From Mustelus asterias (taxonomy: Eukaryota), in the NCBI RefSeq assembly GCF_964213995.1, contig NC_135813.1:60264001-60328000 (forward strand): a stretch of DNA of 64,000 nt, in the 5' to 3' direction. A program made the translations under genes and the position numbers. Shown one piece after another: positions 26,238 through 38,685 of this stretch; position 1 is the first letter of the stretch; each line of letters opens with the position of its first letter. The notes beneath the pieces were generated by a model. It was not told where the DNA came from. It ran no database searches and worked only from the letters and a program-made list of their open reading frames with translations.

Positions 26238-27789
26238 CTGGAAGAAAATAATTAAATGTATTGAACAGAAGCATTACGACTCAGACACAAACCTCACTGC
26301 TGCTTCACAATGAAGGGAAAGGCAACATCTGTCCTCAGTAGTTTACATCTTGTTCAACAGAGGTCCTGACAACTTCCACGTAACAGGTACAACCTTCCAA
26401 AAATACTTGCCCCGAAGAAGAGTTATTGATTCCCCAGCTCATTTTCAGTCTTACCATTTATGTTATCTTATTATTTCAGCATGCTTTTCTTCTTGGATTT
26501 AATGTAATTTTCAATAGCTCTGTTTTTCGAGTCTTCCAGCTTATTTCCTAAAACTTACTGAGATCTTAACATTGATTTCAAAATGATTTCCACCCAATCT
26601 TTTCACCAGTTCAGTGCATTCAATACATTGACTTTTGCTGAACTGTGTCCCAGCCAGTCTCAACACTAGTGACATTATGGTCTATAGTTCAGTCTCAAGG
26701 TCGCTTCTTATACCAAGTTAGGACATCTCTTTCCAGCTCTGGTCAATATCCAAGGTAGAGAACCAGTGTTGCAAAAGATCGGAGCTGAAGATAATTCACT
26801 AGATCCTGGCTGAATTTAGGGCAAATAAAATTTTCATTCATGATCACCTTGCATTTTTCTAATATATTATTGTTCTGTTCAAATGATTCCTGCATCAATT
26901 CAGCCCTCTTGCCTACATAGTAGATTTAACCAAAAGACTTCAACCACACCACACAAAGAAAAACTGAATGCAGGAGATCTAAAATAAAAACAGAAAAGGC
27001 TAGAAACCCACAGTAAGCTGATCAGATTACTGACAGGTGGACAGCTTACATCCAAACAAAAAAAGTGTCCTGGTCAAACAGCTAAATTCGTTTTCCTTTT
27101 TCATTTACTAGTGAGTGACAGCACTTTTTTTGTTCCTATGAAAACCTGTCACTTCAAATAAATTCAAGATAGTGGCCCAAGACTTCAGTGAACAGTGTAT
27201 TCAAACCTTACAATGCTCCACTACTAAGATTTCCGTAAAGTCTTATCTTGGGAATGTCAAACTTTCCAAACGGCATTGATCTAAAATGTGAAAACATTCT
27301 GCAGTACAATCCTACTGTTTCTTCTTCTAAACCTGGAACTGGAGAGAACAGTTTGAATGATTTAGCACAAGGGAGAAGTGTCGGTAGTTATAAGTCTGTT
27401 CCTCCCGACGGCATTAATGAGCGCACCGAGGTAACAAAAGGCCCATCTCAAAAGATGTTTTAAAATGGGGCACTGAGATATATCAACACAAGTGTCATTT
27501 TTGATATAGCTTTTTGGTATTAACACACTAAATAAATGATGCGGCCTGATCTTTATCTTTTTCAAACTTAGTGTCAAACTATATAACAGTCATTATTTGC
27601 AATATTAGTAACAAGTTAGAATTAATTAAAGTTTTAAGTTAAGGGTGCATCTTGCAAACAGGGCAAAGCATGATCAAGTTTAACATTCAATTTGCGAAGA
27701 AAGATCACACACTAAGTTTTAACTTAAGTACGGTTTTCTTGAAGAAATGAGGCGCATGGTAAACATATTAAACAGGACTGACTTGTTAA

Positions 27790-30170
27790 CAAGTAAATCT
27801 ACAGGAAAACCATGAGAAGCATTCAAAGAGTTCTTATTACAACATAATGAAAAGTTCTGTTTGTGCAGTCAAGTAACCTAGGTCAATATGTAAGGCAAGA
27901 TGCAGTATAAAGCTAAATGGAGTTACTAACACAAATGTCAAGGAAAGTGATAATGCAGAGGCCTTGGGGAATTGTGGAAAACCACAAAGGAGATGCAAAG
28001 AAGATATGAAGAGCTGTAAAAAGAAACCAAAAAACTGGCAAGTAATGTAAAAGGTAAAATATAACTATATTAATTGGAAGGGAGTGGCTAAGGAAGATGT
28101 GGGCACTTTAAAGGATATAGTCCAAGAAGGAGAACAATCAAGCCACATCATCCTCTAGTGTAGTCATGTCAAAAATCTATATTAAAAATTGCGTATTTGC
28201 CAACAAGCCTCAATGTTCAATTTGCTCCTGAGACATGCTTTTTATTATCTCTGTACTCTCATTAATACCTACACTAGTAACAGACCTGTAACTGCCAGTA
28301 TTTAACCCGAGTGTTAAACCATTCCAACTGTTCTCTTTAATTGCAACCCAGGTTTGGAAGAGGAAAGAATAAATTGTACAATAAGGTACTAGGTAACAGG
28401 GAACAAGGCAATACAGATTTATTACACAAGCACTTTGGATCTGTTTTCACAGTAGAGGAAAAGGGTGAAATAGCAATGAAAGAAAGAAACTTAAAAATAA
28501 ATTAAAAGAAGGAACTTATGTTCAATAGTAGCTTTTAAAAACGCCAATGAAGAAATATGATGGACATAGAATTGATTCATCTCCAAGGCCTTGTGGTTTC
28601 CACCCAAGTACTGAAAGGTGAAGAGATTGAAGAAGCTTCAAGCTCTCTTGACATGGGAATTGTGCTATTAAACTGGAAAATTGCTGATGTCACTCCATGT
28701 AAGAAGGTAGGAGAGAGAAACTGGTTAATTAAAAGGTTGTCAGTTTAACATTAGTTATGGCAAGCTACTTGAATCTGTACTTAGAGATATACTGATTCAT
28801 CAATTGGACAAACATGAGCTGATCAGGAAATGTTAGCATGATTTTATTAAGGGTAATCATGTCTGACCAATTCAGTTAAATTCTTTGAGGTGATCACTAA
28901 TAAAAGATAGTCAGAAGGGTGTCTATGGTTATTACCCGTATGCACATCTCAAGAGGCATTCTATTTGGTTCCACACAAAGGATCACTGGACAATTCAGTG
29001 TGCATAAAATAGGTCACCTTTTAACGTAGATTGAAAATTGATTGGGAGATAGAAAATGGGGATAAAGAGTATTTACTCAAATGTGACAAGTGATGGTCCC
29101 CAGGGATCTGTTCTGCAGCCTCTACTTGTCACCACAGGTGGCACAGTGGTTAGCACTGGTGCCTCACAGCACCAGGGACCCATGTTCGATTCCCAGTTTG
29201 GGTGACTGCCTGTACGGAGTAGGCATGTTCTCCCTGTGTCTGCATGGGTTTCCTCCGGGTGCTTTGGTTTCCTCCCACAGTCCAAAAGATGTGCCGGTTA
29301 GGTGCACTGGCCATGCTAAATTCTCCCTCAGTGTACCTAAACAGGCACAGGAGTGTGGCAACTAGGGGATTTTCACAGTAACCTCATTGCAGTGTTAATG
29401 TAAGTCTAATTATGACACTAATAAATAAACTTTAAAAGCATTTATGAATGGCTTGAATGAAGGAATAGCTGGTTACAGTGTTTTCCCAAGTTTGCAGATG
29501 ACACCAAATCAAGAGGGACAGTAAATAGAGTAGAGGGGATGAGGAAGTCCCAAAGGGACATAAATGGATTAAATGAATGGGCAAAACTGCAGGCGATGGT
29601 CTTCGATGCAATGGGTAAATGTGAGGTTTTACTCTTTGGATCTAAAGAAGATAAATAGAAGTAATTTGTAAATGATGAGAAACTAGCAACTTTAGAGCAG
29701 GAAAGAGAATGGGCGTCCAAATGCACAAATCATTTAAATCTAGTAGACATACAAAAAGCAGTTAGAAGAGCCACTGAAATGGTGCCCTTTATCTCAAGGG
29801 GCTGGATTACAAAGGAATGGAAGTAATATTTCAGTTTTACAGGGCCTTCAACAGACCCCATCTTTAGTACTATTTTCATACTTGCACTGCAGATCAGAAA
29901 GGGTTGAGCAGATTCACCAGGATAGTGCGCAGACTTAGAGGGATAAATTAGGGCAGAAAATATAGCTTGTATTCCCTCCTCTGTAGAAGACTCAGGGGTG
30001 ATCAGGTTGAAGTATTTGAAATAATAAAAGGAATCGATAGAAAAACCATTTCCACTGGCAGAAAAATCAATAGCAATGGGAAATGGTCTTAAAATTAGAG
30101 CTAGGCCATTTAGGTGGGAAAAAAAGGAAACTTTTCTTTCACAGAAAGGATAAGAAGTGTGGAATCCTCT
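27790..30170 (+). mobile_element. Old degenerate CR1, split by a V-SINE at 29137-29433
   Basis: WKIADVTP and KFADDTK (29488) remnants. Confidence 0.75.
29137..29433 (+). mobile_element. V-SINE with alternative tail
   Basis: Same head and V-domain; tail ...ggattttcacagtaac...aataaataaac. Confidence 0.88.
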
Positions 30171-30324
30171 GCTACTCCCAACTCACAAAGTCACTCTGCA
30201 ATAAACCATTCCAGCACACCCTTCATCCGCCTCATCTACATTCTCCCCAACAGCTATAAAATATTTAAATCACAATGCAAATCCACAGCTTCAGAATATT
30301 AAGGGTACATACAGATTCATTACA

Positions 30325-30870
30325 TACGAACATACAACTTTGGAGCCGAAGTAGGCCACTCAGCCCCTTGAGCCTGCTCCAGCATGCAATAAGATCATAA
30401 CTGATTGCATTGTAAACTCAACCACATTCCTGCCTACACCCAATAACCTTTCACCCCTTGTTAATCAAGAATTTATCTAGCTCTGCCTTAAACATATTCA
30501 AAGATTCTGCCTCCACTGTCTTTTGAGGAAGAGAGTTCCACGACTCTCTGGAGAGAAATAAATTCTCCTCATCTCCGTCTTAAATGAGCGACCCATTACT
30601 TTTAAACAGTAACTCCTAGTTTTGGATTCTCCGGCAAGAGGAAACATCCACTCCACATCCACCTTGTCAAGATCCCTCAGGATCTTAAAGGTTTCGATCA
30701 GGTCGCCTCTTACTCTTCTAAACTCTAGTGGATACAAACCTAACCCCTCCAACCTTTCCTGAAAAGCCAACCCACTCATTCCTGGTATTAGTCCAGTAAA
30801 CCTTCTCTGAGATACTTCTAATGTGTTAACATCTTTCCTTAAATAAGACCAGTGCTGTACACAATACTCC
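30325..30870 (-). mobile_element. CR1 3' fragment
   Basis: ORF 30498..30779(-): LEFRRVRGDLIETFKIL. Confidence 0.85.
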
Positions 30871-31031
30871 AGATGTTGGCGATGTTAGTGGGGACACTGC
30901 CTTCCAGTCCAGAAAATATGGTAGTTTCACCAAATCGTACAAATGGACCACCACAAGTGGATTCAAAGTTCCAACACGAGTTTGAAAACACACAGTAGCT
31001 AAGCAACTTGAAGGAGAAAAGACAAGTTATA

Positions 31032-31157
31032 ACAAAGAACAAGAACAAAGAACAATACAGCACAGGAACAGGCCCTTCGGCCCTCCAAGCCCGCGCCGCT
31101 CCCCGGTCCAGGATTGAATCCTGAATCCAGGATCCCCGCCCAATTTTCCAGCCTATT
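31032..31157 (-). mobile_element. Ultra-short chimeric CR1 copy
   Basis: 3' tail nearly identical to 4402-4477, then filler sequence, then 20 nt matching internal 5216-5235; ATAACA-like direct repeats flank it. Confidence 0.7.
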
Positions 31158-31369
31158 AATAACATGTTGGGAAAAGAGCCTTTTGCACTTGACCTATACC
31201 TACAGATCTACTGCATCATTCCAGCATTTTCTGTGTTTAGTTCCAGATCTTTGGCATTTAAGGTGACTTAACATGACACTACAAAGGAAGAGGTAATTCA
31301 GCCCACCATGCTTGTCCCAACTCTGTCCAGTTAGTCCCACTTACCCTGCTCTTTCCCCATTCTGCAAAC

Positions 31370-31650
31370 CTTGCACCTTCTTCCATCGGGAAAAGGATAC
31401 AAAAGTCTGAAAACACATACCAACTGACTCAAGAACAGTTTCTTCCCTGCTGTCATCAGACTTTTGAATGGTCCTATCACATATTAAGCTGATCTTTCCC
31501 ACCTGTACCTGCAACACTAGATTCTGCACCCTATCCTTTCCTTCTTCCCTATGTACTCTATGAACAGTACATTTTGTCTGTATAGCGTGCAAGAAATAAT
31601 ACTTTTCACTGTATCCCAACACATGTGACAATAATAAATCAAATTCAAAT
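31370..31650 (+). mobile_element. Rex1-like LINE 3' end
   Basis: 3' UTR shared with 45640-45895; aataataaatcaaa tail. Confidence 0.8.
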
Positions 31651-32612
31651 ATTTATCAAATTCCTTTACTGAATATACTTTCACCACCTACTCAGGCAGT
31701 GAACACCACGTTGCAGCAATTCACAATGTAAAAAATTATTTTCTCATATTGGCATTGGTTCTTTTACCAATCACCTTAAACCTGTGTCCTCCAGTTACCA
31801 ACCTCACTCATTCTACCAAAACTTCATACTGGAGTTATATTAAAGCCTCTTTCCTTCTTCCCATTGATGTTTGACACCTGCAGCACAACAGCAAGGTCCA
31901 AGAAAATATATACAACGGAATCAATTTCTGTAACCTCTGAGACTAACCATGCATCAATATAGAGCCAACAGACTGAGTAAAATAAATAGAGCGTGGGCGT
32001 AATTAAATTGTAAAGAACCAATCTCATCAAGGTCTTCAACATAAATCACAGACACAAGCTTGCTCATTAACCCTACTATCTTCTACCAGTCATCGAGTGT
32101 AATCCGACATGGATTTTTGTTTGCACTGTTAGGCTTTGATACAAAATGTCAGGGGACTTGCCAGGCTCTTTCAGGTGATAAGTCAAATAGAAACTCACCT
32201 TCCCTTTTTGCAGCATAGAATGATTACAGCACAGGAGAAGGCCATTTGGCCATCATGCCAGTGCTGACTCTCTCCAACTCACCTGGCTCCACTCCAATGC
32301 CTTTCTCCCTATAAACGTGCAAATTATTTTCCCTTCCGACAATTGTCGAATTCCCTTTTAAAGCCAAAATTAAATCTGCTTCCACCGCACTCTGGAGTTT
32401 ACAGTGCATTCCAGATTGTTGTCTTTAGTTCTTTTCCCATTCACTTTAGTCAGTCCTCTCTGACTCTTGACCTTTGGCAGTGGGAACAGTTTCTTCCCTA
32501 CTACTCTACCTAGGCCCCTCATGATTTTGGTCACCTCTATCAAACATCCTCTTAACTTTCTCTCATAACATACTTGAGTTACACTAACTGCTTAAATTTA
32601 ACTACTCGATAG

Positions 32613-32962
32613 TGGGCGACACAGTGGCACAGTGGTTAGCATTGCTGGTTCACAGTGCCAGGGACCCAAGTTCAATTCCAGCCTTGGGTGACTGTCTGTG
32701 TGGAGTTTGTACGTTCTCACCGTGTCTGCGTGGGTTTCCTCTGGGTGCTCTGGTTTACTCCCACAGTCTAAAAGATGTGCTGGTTAGGTGGATTGGCCAT
32801 GATAAATTGCCCCTTAGTGTCCCAAGTTGTGTAGGCAAGATGGATTGGGGGTTATGGGAATCGGGCGGGGGGGGATGGGTGTGTGGGCCTGGGTAAGATG
32901 CTGAGTCGGTGCAGACCCGATGGGCCAAATGGCCTACTTCTGCACTGTAGGGATTTTATGAT
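32613..32962 (+). mobile_element. V-SINE (HE1-type)
   Basis: Head, V-domain and gcactgtagggatt tail. Confidence 0.88.
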
Positions 32963-34114
32963 TTAAACTATTCCAACAATTGAGGGGCAAGAACTGCAGC
33001 GTATTACCAATAGATTTCTATTCATCAGCTCAACAACAACACAAATTCACTCATTGTTGGTGGTCTGAACTTGCCCAGCTGCTTCAGTCATCTGTAGCCC
33101 TTTCGACAATAAGTGACTATTGACTTTGTTTATCCAGAAATTCCTTGGTCTTCCTCTGTTTTTTAAAGTTCACTTCTGGTCTTTTTTCTTGGCACAGTTC
33201 TTTTTGCACAAAAACTTAAGTGAAACAGCACTTATCTTCCTTGTGCTGAAATTAAATTAATAGGTCAATAAAATGAACAGCTGCAAATTAAAATAGACTA
33301 AGTAAATTTACAAGCAGTATTCATGGCATTTAAAATTACATCAAAGCTACACAAACTACTTCATGTAACTCAAACGGTTTCAGATGCCTTTAGATCCACC
33401 ATTGCATAAGCAGCAAAAATATCAACGCAGCAATTGCAAGCACTTAGTAAATACTGGACTATTTTAGGAATATCCAGATAGAGTTGCATTCATACAACAC
33501 CTTTAACAGTGAAATTTCCCAAGACATTTCACAAGGGCATTGCAACAATTGACACGGAGCCAAAGATGACCAAATATTTGACCAATGATGTAGGTTTTCA
33601 GGAGCATATTTAAAGAAGAAAGAGGGCTTTGTGGAGGAAAGTAACACACACCCATCAAAGTGTCCTATTTGAAGGAAGTGCTTTCTAACATTTCTGTGGT
33701 ATTATGCTCCAAGTATTGAAGTCTCAATACCAATGGATTACCTGTCCGTGCTGGTCCAAAGATAGTGTCATTGCTAAGTATTATAAGTGCGGAGGTGTCT
33801 CTTTGCAGAATTAAGTGTCTTACTAACTGCCCAGAGTGATTCCACGGAGCAAATGAAGTCATGCAAGTCACACAACAAAAATCTACGTCACACCAGTAAC
33901 AGAAATTTTCAAAATTCATGGGTCACAGAATCACAGAATACTACAGCGCAGAAGGGGCCTTTCAGCTGATCGAGTCTACACCGAAGCATGAAAGGCCCTG
34001 ACCTGCCCACCTAATCCCACTTGCCAGCACTTGGTCATCTGCTGGATTTCTTCTAATCTCTCATCTCAATCCACTTCTTTCGTTTGTTGTATATATTCAC
34101 CAACTCAATTAAAG

Positions 34115-36875
34115 TACATTGTGAAAGGGAAATCGTGCTTGACAAATCTAGAGATTCTGAGGATGCAACTGGCAGGGTAAATTAATGGGACCCAGGTGAG
34201 TATAGTATATTTGAATTCTTGAAAGACATTCAATAAGATGTCACACAAAAAGTTCTTGTACAACATAAGGGTGTATGGGGTTGAAAGTAATATATTAGCA
34301 TGGATAGAGAATTGATTAAAGAACAGAAAGGGGAACAGGAATAAACAAGTAATTTTCAGTTTGTGAGCTGGAGCAAATGAGATGCCAAAAGAATCAGTGC
34401 TAGGACTCAGCTATTTATAAGCTACATTAATAACTCAGATGAAGGGACTAAATGTAATGTATAATATGTTGCAGTTGCAAGCAACATGTGCTGCTCAGGG
34501 CCAAGCGATCCCACGACCAACAGATCAGATCAAAGTTCTGCACTCCTGCCACATCTAGATGTGAATAGTGATGGACTATTAAACAATGAACCAGAGAAGG
34601 AGGCTCCACAAATATCCCCGTCCTCAATGATGGGAGGGCCTACCACATCACATGGATGATCCCACTCAGCCTCCTCCTGAATCCCCAACACCACAGATGC
34701 CAGTCTTCATCCAATTTGATCCACTCCAAGTGATATCAATAAATGGTTGAAGGTACTGGATACAGCAAAGGCAATGGGCCCTGACATCATTCCAGGAGCA
34801 GTACTGAAGACCTGTGCTCCAGAACTAGTCTCAGCCCTGGCCAGTAACACTGGCATCGAGCTGACAACATGGAAAGTGGCCTGTACGTCCTGTCCACAGA
34901 AAGTAGGACCAGTCCAGTCAATTATCTGTCCAATCTACTCTTGATCATCAGCAAAGTGATGAAAAACATGGTCAATAGTGCTGTCAAACAGCATTTACAT
35001 GGCAATAACTTGCTCACTGATGTTCGTTTTGGGTTCTGCCAAAGCTATTCAGCTCCAGACCTCAGTACAGAATTGATCCAAATATGGACAAAAGAGCTGG
35101 ATTCAAGAGATGAGGTGAGAATGACTGCCCTTGACACCAAGGCAAAATCTGACTAAGTATAGCATCAAGGGTCGCAGTAAAATTGAAGTCAATGAAAATC
35201 GGGGAAAACTGGTTGCAGTCACACCTTGCACAAAGAAAGGTGATTGTGGTTCTTGGACAATAATTATCCCAGCCCCAGAAAATCCCTGCAGGATTTCCTC
35301 AGGGTGGAGTCTTATGCACAACTAAGTTCAACTGCTTTAGCAATGACCTTCCATCCATCATAATGTCAGAAATGAGGATGTTCCTGATGATTGCACAGAG
35401 TTCAATACCATCCACAACTTCTCAAATACTGAAGCAGTCCATGCTCATATGCACAAGATCTGCACAACATTCAGGTTTGGGCTGATAACTGGCAAGTGAC
35501 CACTCTCCTGATTTCCCAAACCTATGCACAGTGCAAAGTTAGGAGTGTGATGGAATACAGTCCACTTGCTTGGATAAGTACAGCTCCAACAACGTTCAAG
35601 AAGCTCAACACTATTCAGCCCACAAACCAACCCACTTAATCAGCACCCTACCCACTACGTTAAACATTCTCTCCCATATTGGCAACAACGTGTATCATAT
35701 ATAAGCAACACTGCTACAACTAGCCAAGTTTCTTTCCCCAGCACTTCCAAATCTGCCACCTCTACTTGTAGAAGGACAAGGGCAGCAGGTGCATGGGAAC
35801 ACTATCATCTGCAAGTTCTCCTCCAAGCCACACACCATCCTGGCTTGGAACTACATTGCTGTTCCTTTACTACTGCTAAGTCAAAATCCTGGAACTCCCG
35901 TATTAACAGCACTCTGGGTGTACATACACCAGATGAACTGCAGCAATACAAGAACGTGGCTCACCATCATCTTCTCAAGACAAATTAGGGATGAGCAACA
36001 AACGCTGTTCTTTCCACAGGTGCTCAGATACCATGAATGAATAAAAATTGAAGAAAGTTAGATAAAGTAAACTGTGAGGAAGACACAAAGAGTAGAAAAG
36101 TAGTATAAGTTAAGTGAGTGAGCAAGGTGGCAGATGAGGTATAACGTTGAGAAACATGAGGTTATTCACTTTGATTCATTGAGTAGAAAAACAGATTTCT
36201 TTTTAAATGATGAGAATCTATTAAATGTTGTGTTCGGGGCATTTGGGTGCCATTGTACGAGAAATCGAGAAGGCTAACATGCAGCTACAGCAAACTATTA
36301 AAAAGGCCTTTGTTACAATACAATGGAATTCATGAGTAAGGACTGCAAATGTGCAAGGCTTTGGTGAGATCACTCCTCAAGTACTGTAGACAGTTTAGGC
36401 CTCTGTATCTAAGGAAGGATATACTTGCCTTAGAGAAGGTAACTCCAAAGTTCAACAGGTTGATTCCTGAGTTAAGAGGGTTGTCCTGTAAGGAGAGACT
36501 GAGTAGAGCTCTGGAATTTAGGAGGATGAGAGGTGATTTCATTGAAAGGTAAAAGATTCTGTGCAAGCTTTGCAGGATAGATGCTGAGAGGATGGGTGGA
36601 GAGTCTATAGAACAAGGGGGAATTCCAGGGAGAGAGGACAGTCAGTTCAGACGAAGATGAGGAGAGTTGAGAGCCTTTGGGATTCTCTACCCGAAATGCT
36701 GTAGTTGCTTAGGGGTGGAGTATAATCAAGATTTTTGGACACTGCAGAAATCAGGGGATATGGGGATTGAGCAGAAAACGGAGTTGAGGTTGAAGATCGG
36801 TTATGAACATTGAATGTGGAGCAGGCTCCAGGAACTGTGTGGCCTACTTTTTTTTTAATCTCAAGATTCCTATAG
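34115..36875 (+). mobile_element. CR1 relic (34115-34460 and 36050-36875) interrupted by a second CR1/L2-clade LINE (about 34480-36050)
   Basis: Inner element: LDTAKAMGPDIIP, NNLLTDVRFGFCQ and a catgaatgaataaa tail; the outer CR1 RT text resumes after it. Confidence 0.75.
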
Positions 36876-37149
36876 TCTTATAGTTAGTTGTCCCAAGTAC
36901 CTGTTCACTGTGGTGACTGGTTCAGTCAGCATGTCCCCACTCCGTACCTATTCTTCGACGTCTACCAATACATATATTGTGCATAATTACCTGACTCCAA
37001 TCCCTCTCAACCCACCCCGCTGTTGTCCATCTCGATCGCCAGGTAGAGACCTCTGTGACCCATCGCCACCTCCACCAACTCCTCCTGAGGAATCTGTCAC
37101 TCATTCAGGCTCTTGGGTCTCCGCGATCTCCAGCTCCCCTCCCACTCAT

Positions 37150-37515
37150 CCCGATCCCAACCCAGGCTGGAGTCTGCGCCACCATTCCCATTCAGCCTCT
37201 CTGACAGATGCAGTCACCTCGACCCTCCTGCAACTGCCCCGCAGCCCTTCCCGGCTTCCTGCCTCCACCAGTCCCGAGATCGCGCCCGGCCATCGCACAG
37301 CTCCCGCTCACCATTGTGATGGACCCAGGCAGGTTTGAGCAGCTTCATGCTGGGCCCTGAGACCTGGGACTCGAGCTGCACCTCACTGGCTCCTGGTGTC
37401 ACTGTCCCGGGGTGCCCCCGGCCTCTCACTCCGCTCCCGCCGGAAGGGAGCCACACGCTCAGCGCTCCCCGGAAAGCCAGGCGCCGCGGCCGCAGCGCTC
37501 CGAGGAAAAGTCAAG
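37150..37515 (-). promoter_or_regulatory. HIRA CpG-island-like promoter/5' leader
   Basis: High GC and CpG density around exon 1; ETS-type CCGGAA motifs at about 37440 and 37469. Confidence 0.7.
37312..37348 (-). CDS. HIRA: HIRA histone H3.3 chaperone, coding exon 1 (MKLLKPAWVHHNG)
   Basis: ATG at 37348 inside a GC/CpG-rich stretch; 37 nt followed by donor GTGAG; peptide matches the HIRA N-terminus MKLLKPxWVxHNG. Confidence 0.97.
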
Positions 37516-38118
37516 GTCAGGACAAACGTTCCTGTACAAAACAAAGCCCCCAAGATATGACCCATTGGGCAGCTGTGCTGAGACCAGGAGCTTTCACTTT
37601 GAAATACATCTGTAGTTATTAACTGGAACACATACTAATCTAATTTCTTAATGTGTTTTTATCGTGAAGGGTCTGTGTGATGACCTAAAGCATCAGCAAA
37701 CCTAACACTCGGCCTATTTGGCTGAGACTTGTGTGTTCAGCAACTGGCAAATCCTTCACCTCCCTGCTGGAGAGAATGTTGTCCCAGTTACTGCAGGGAA
37801 GTGAAATCCAGTTACTCCCTAAAGAGTGGAATGGAATTTCATTTATAAAAAAAGAACTCGCATGGTCCCAGCATGGGAAACTTCAGTTATGTGGATAGAT
37901 TGGAGAAGTTGGGGCTGTTCTCTTTCCAGACCTTAAGGTTAAGAGGAGATTTGATGGTTCAAAATCACAAAGGGTCTGGAGAAATAAACTGTTCCCATTG
38001 GCAGACAGATGGATAAGCAGAAGATTGAAAGTGACTGGCCAAAAAAAAACACAAAAATGCAGCGCATGGCTCAATGATCTGGAATGCCAGCTGAATGAAA
38101 CAGGCAGATTCAATTATA

Positions 38119-38251
38119 TAGATAAGGGCAAATTACTGCAAATGCTGGAATCTGAAAAAAAATAAAAGAACATGCTGGAAAATCTCAGCAGGTCTGACAG
38201 CATCTGTGAGAGAGAATAGAGCCAATGTTTCGAGTCTGGATGACCCTTCGC
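38119..38251 (-). mobile_element. Second-family PLE-type short element ending in a degenerate hammerhead
   Basis: Minus strand reads CUGGCGA-A-GGGUC(AUCCA)GACUC-GAAA-CAUU; TSD CAGATTCAAT(T/C)ATA at 38105-38118 and 38252-38265; inserted in a CR1 relic. Confidence 0.7.
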
Positions 38252-38534
38252 CAGATTCAATCATAGCTTATAAAAAGGATATTGTAGAAACACATTAAGA
38301 GAAAATATTGCAGGCAAAGTGCTGGGGTGTGAGACTAGCTAAATTGCTCTTGGACCATTGGACTTGACAGGTTGAATTGCATTCTTCTTCTTGTAACCAT
38401 TCAATGATTTTGTGATTCATAACCTCAGGGCATTTACAGCCAAATAATTGATTTTGGAAAGTTGTAATTGGTACAATATAGAAGACAAACCAATTTGTGT
38501 GCAGTAAGATCCCTCAAACAGCAATCAACAGATA

Positions 38535-38685
38535 ATGTTGGAAAATCGCAGCAGGTCTGGTAGCATCTGTAAGGAGGGAAAATAATTGACGTTTCAAGTC
38601 CAGATGACAAGGGTCATCTCTTTCCTCTCCTTACAGATGCTACCAGACCTGCTGAGATTTTCCAGCATTTTCTCTTTTGGTTCTG
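38535..38685. mobile_element. Fold-back (palindromic) short element of the same second family
   Basis: About 47-bp near-perfect inverted arms 38535-38581 and 38621-38668; the spacer holds hammerhead stem-II remnants in both orientations. Confidence 0.75.

Noticed and set aside
30868-30997. Short open frame PDVGDVSGTLPSSPENMVVSPNRTNGPPQVDSKFQHEFENTQ next to a CR1 end
   Set aside because: No start, splice context or recognisable homology; cannot be supported as an exon or pseudogene without a search.
36910-37631. Cluster of overlapping ORFs (142 aa, 95 aa, 82 aa and others) around the HIRA promoter
   Set aside because: Stop-poor GC-rich sequence giving low-complexity Pro/Ser/Arg peptides; only the 37-nt HIRA exon has homology support.
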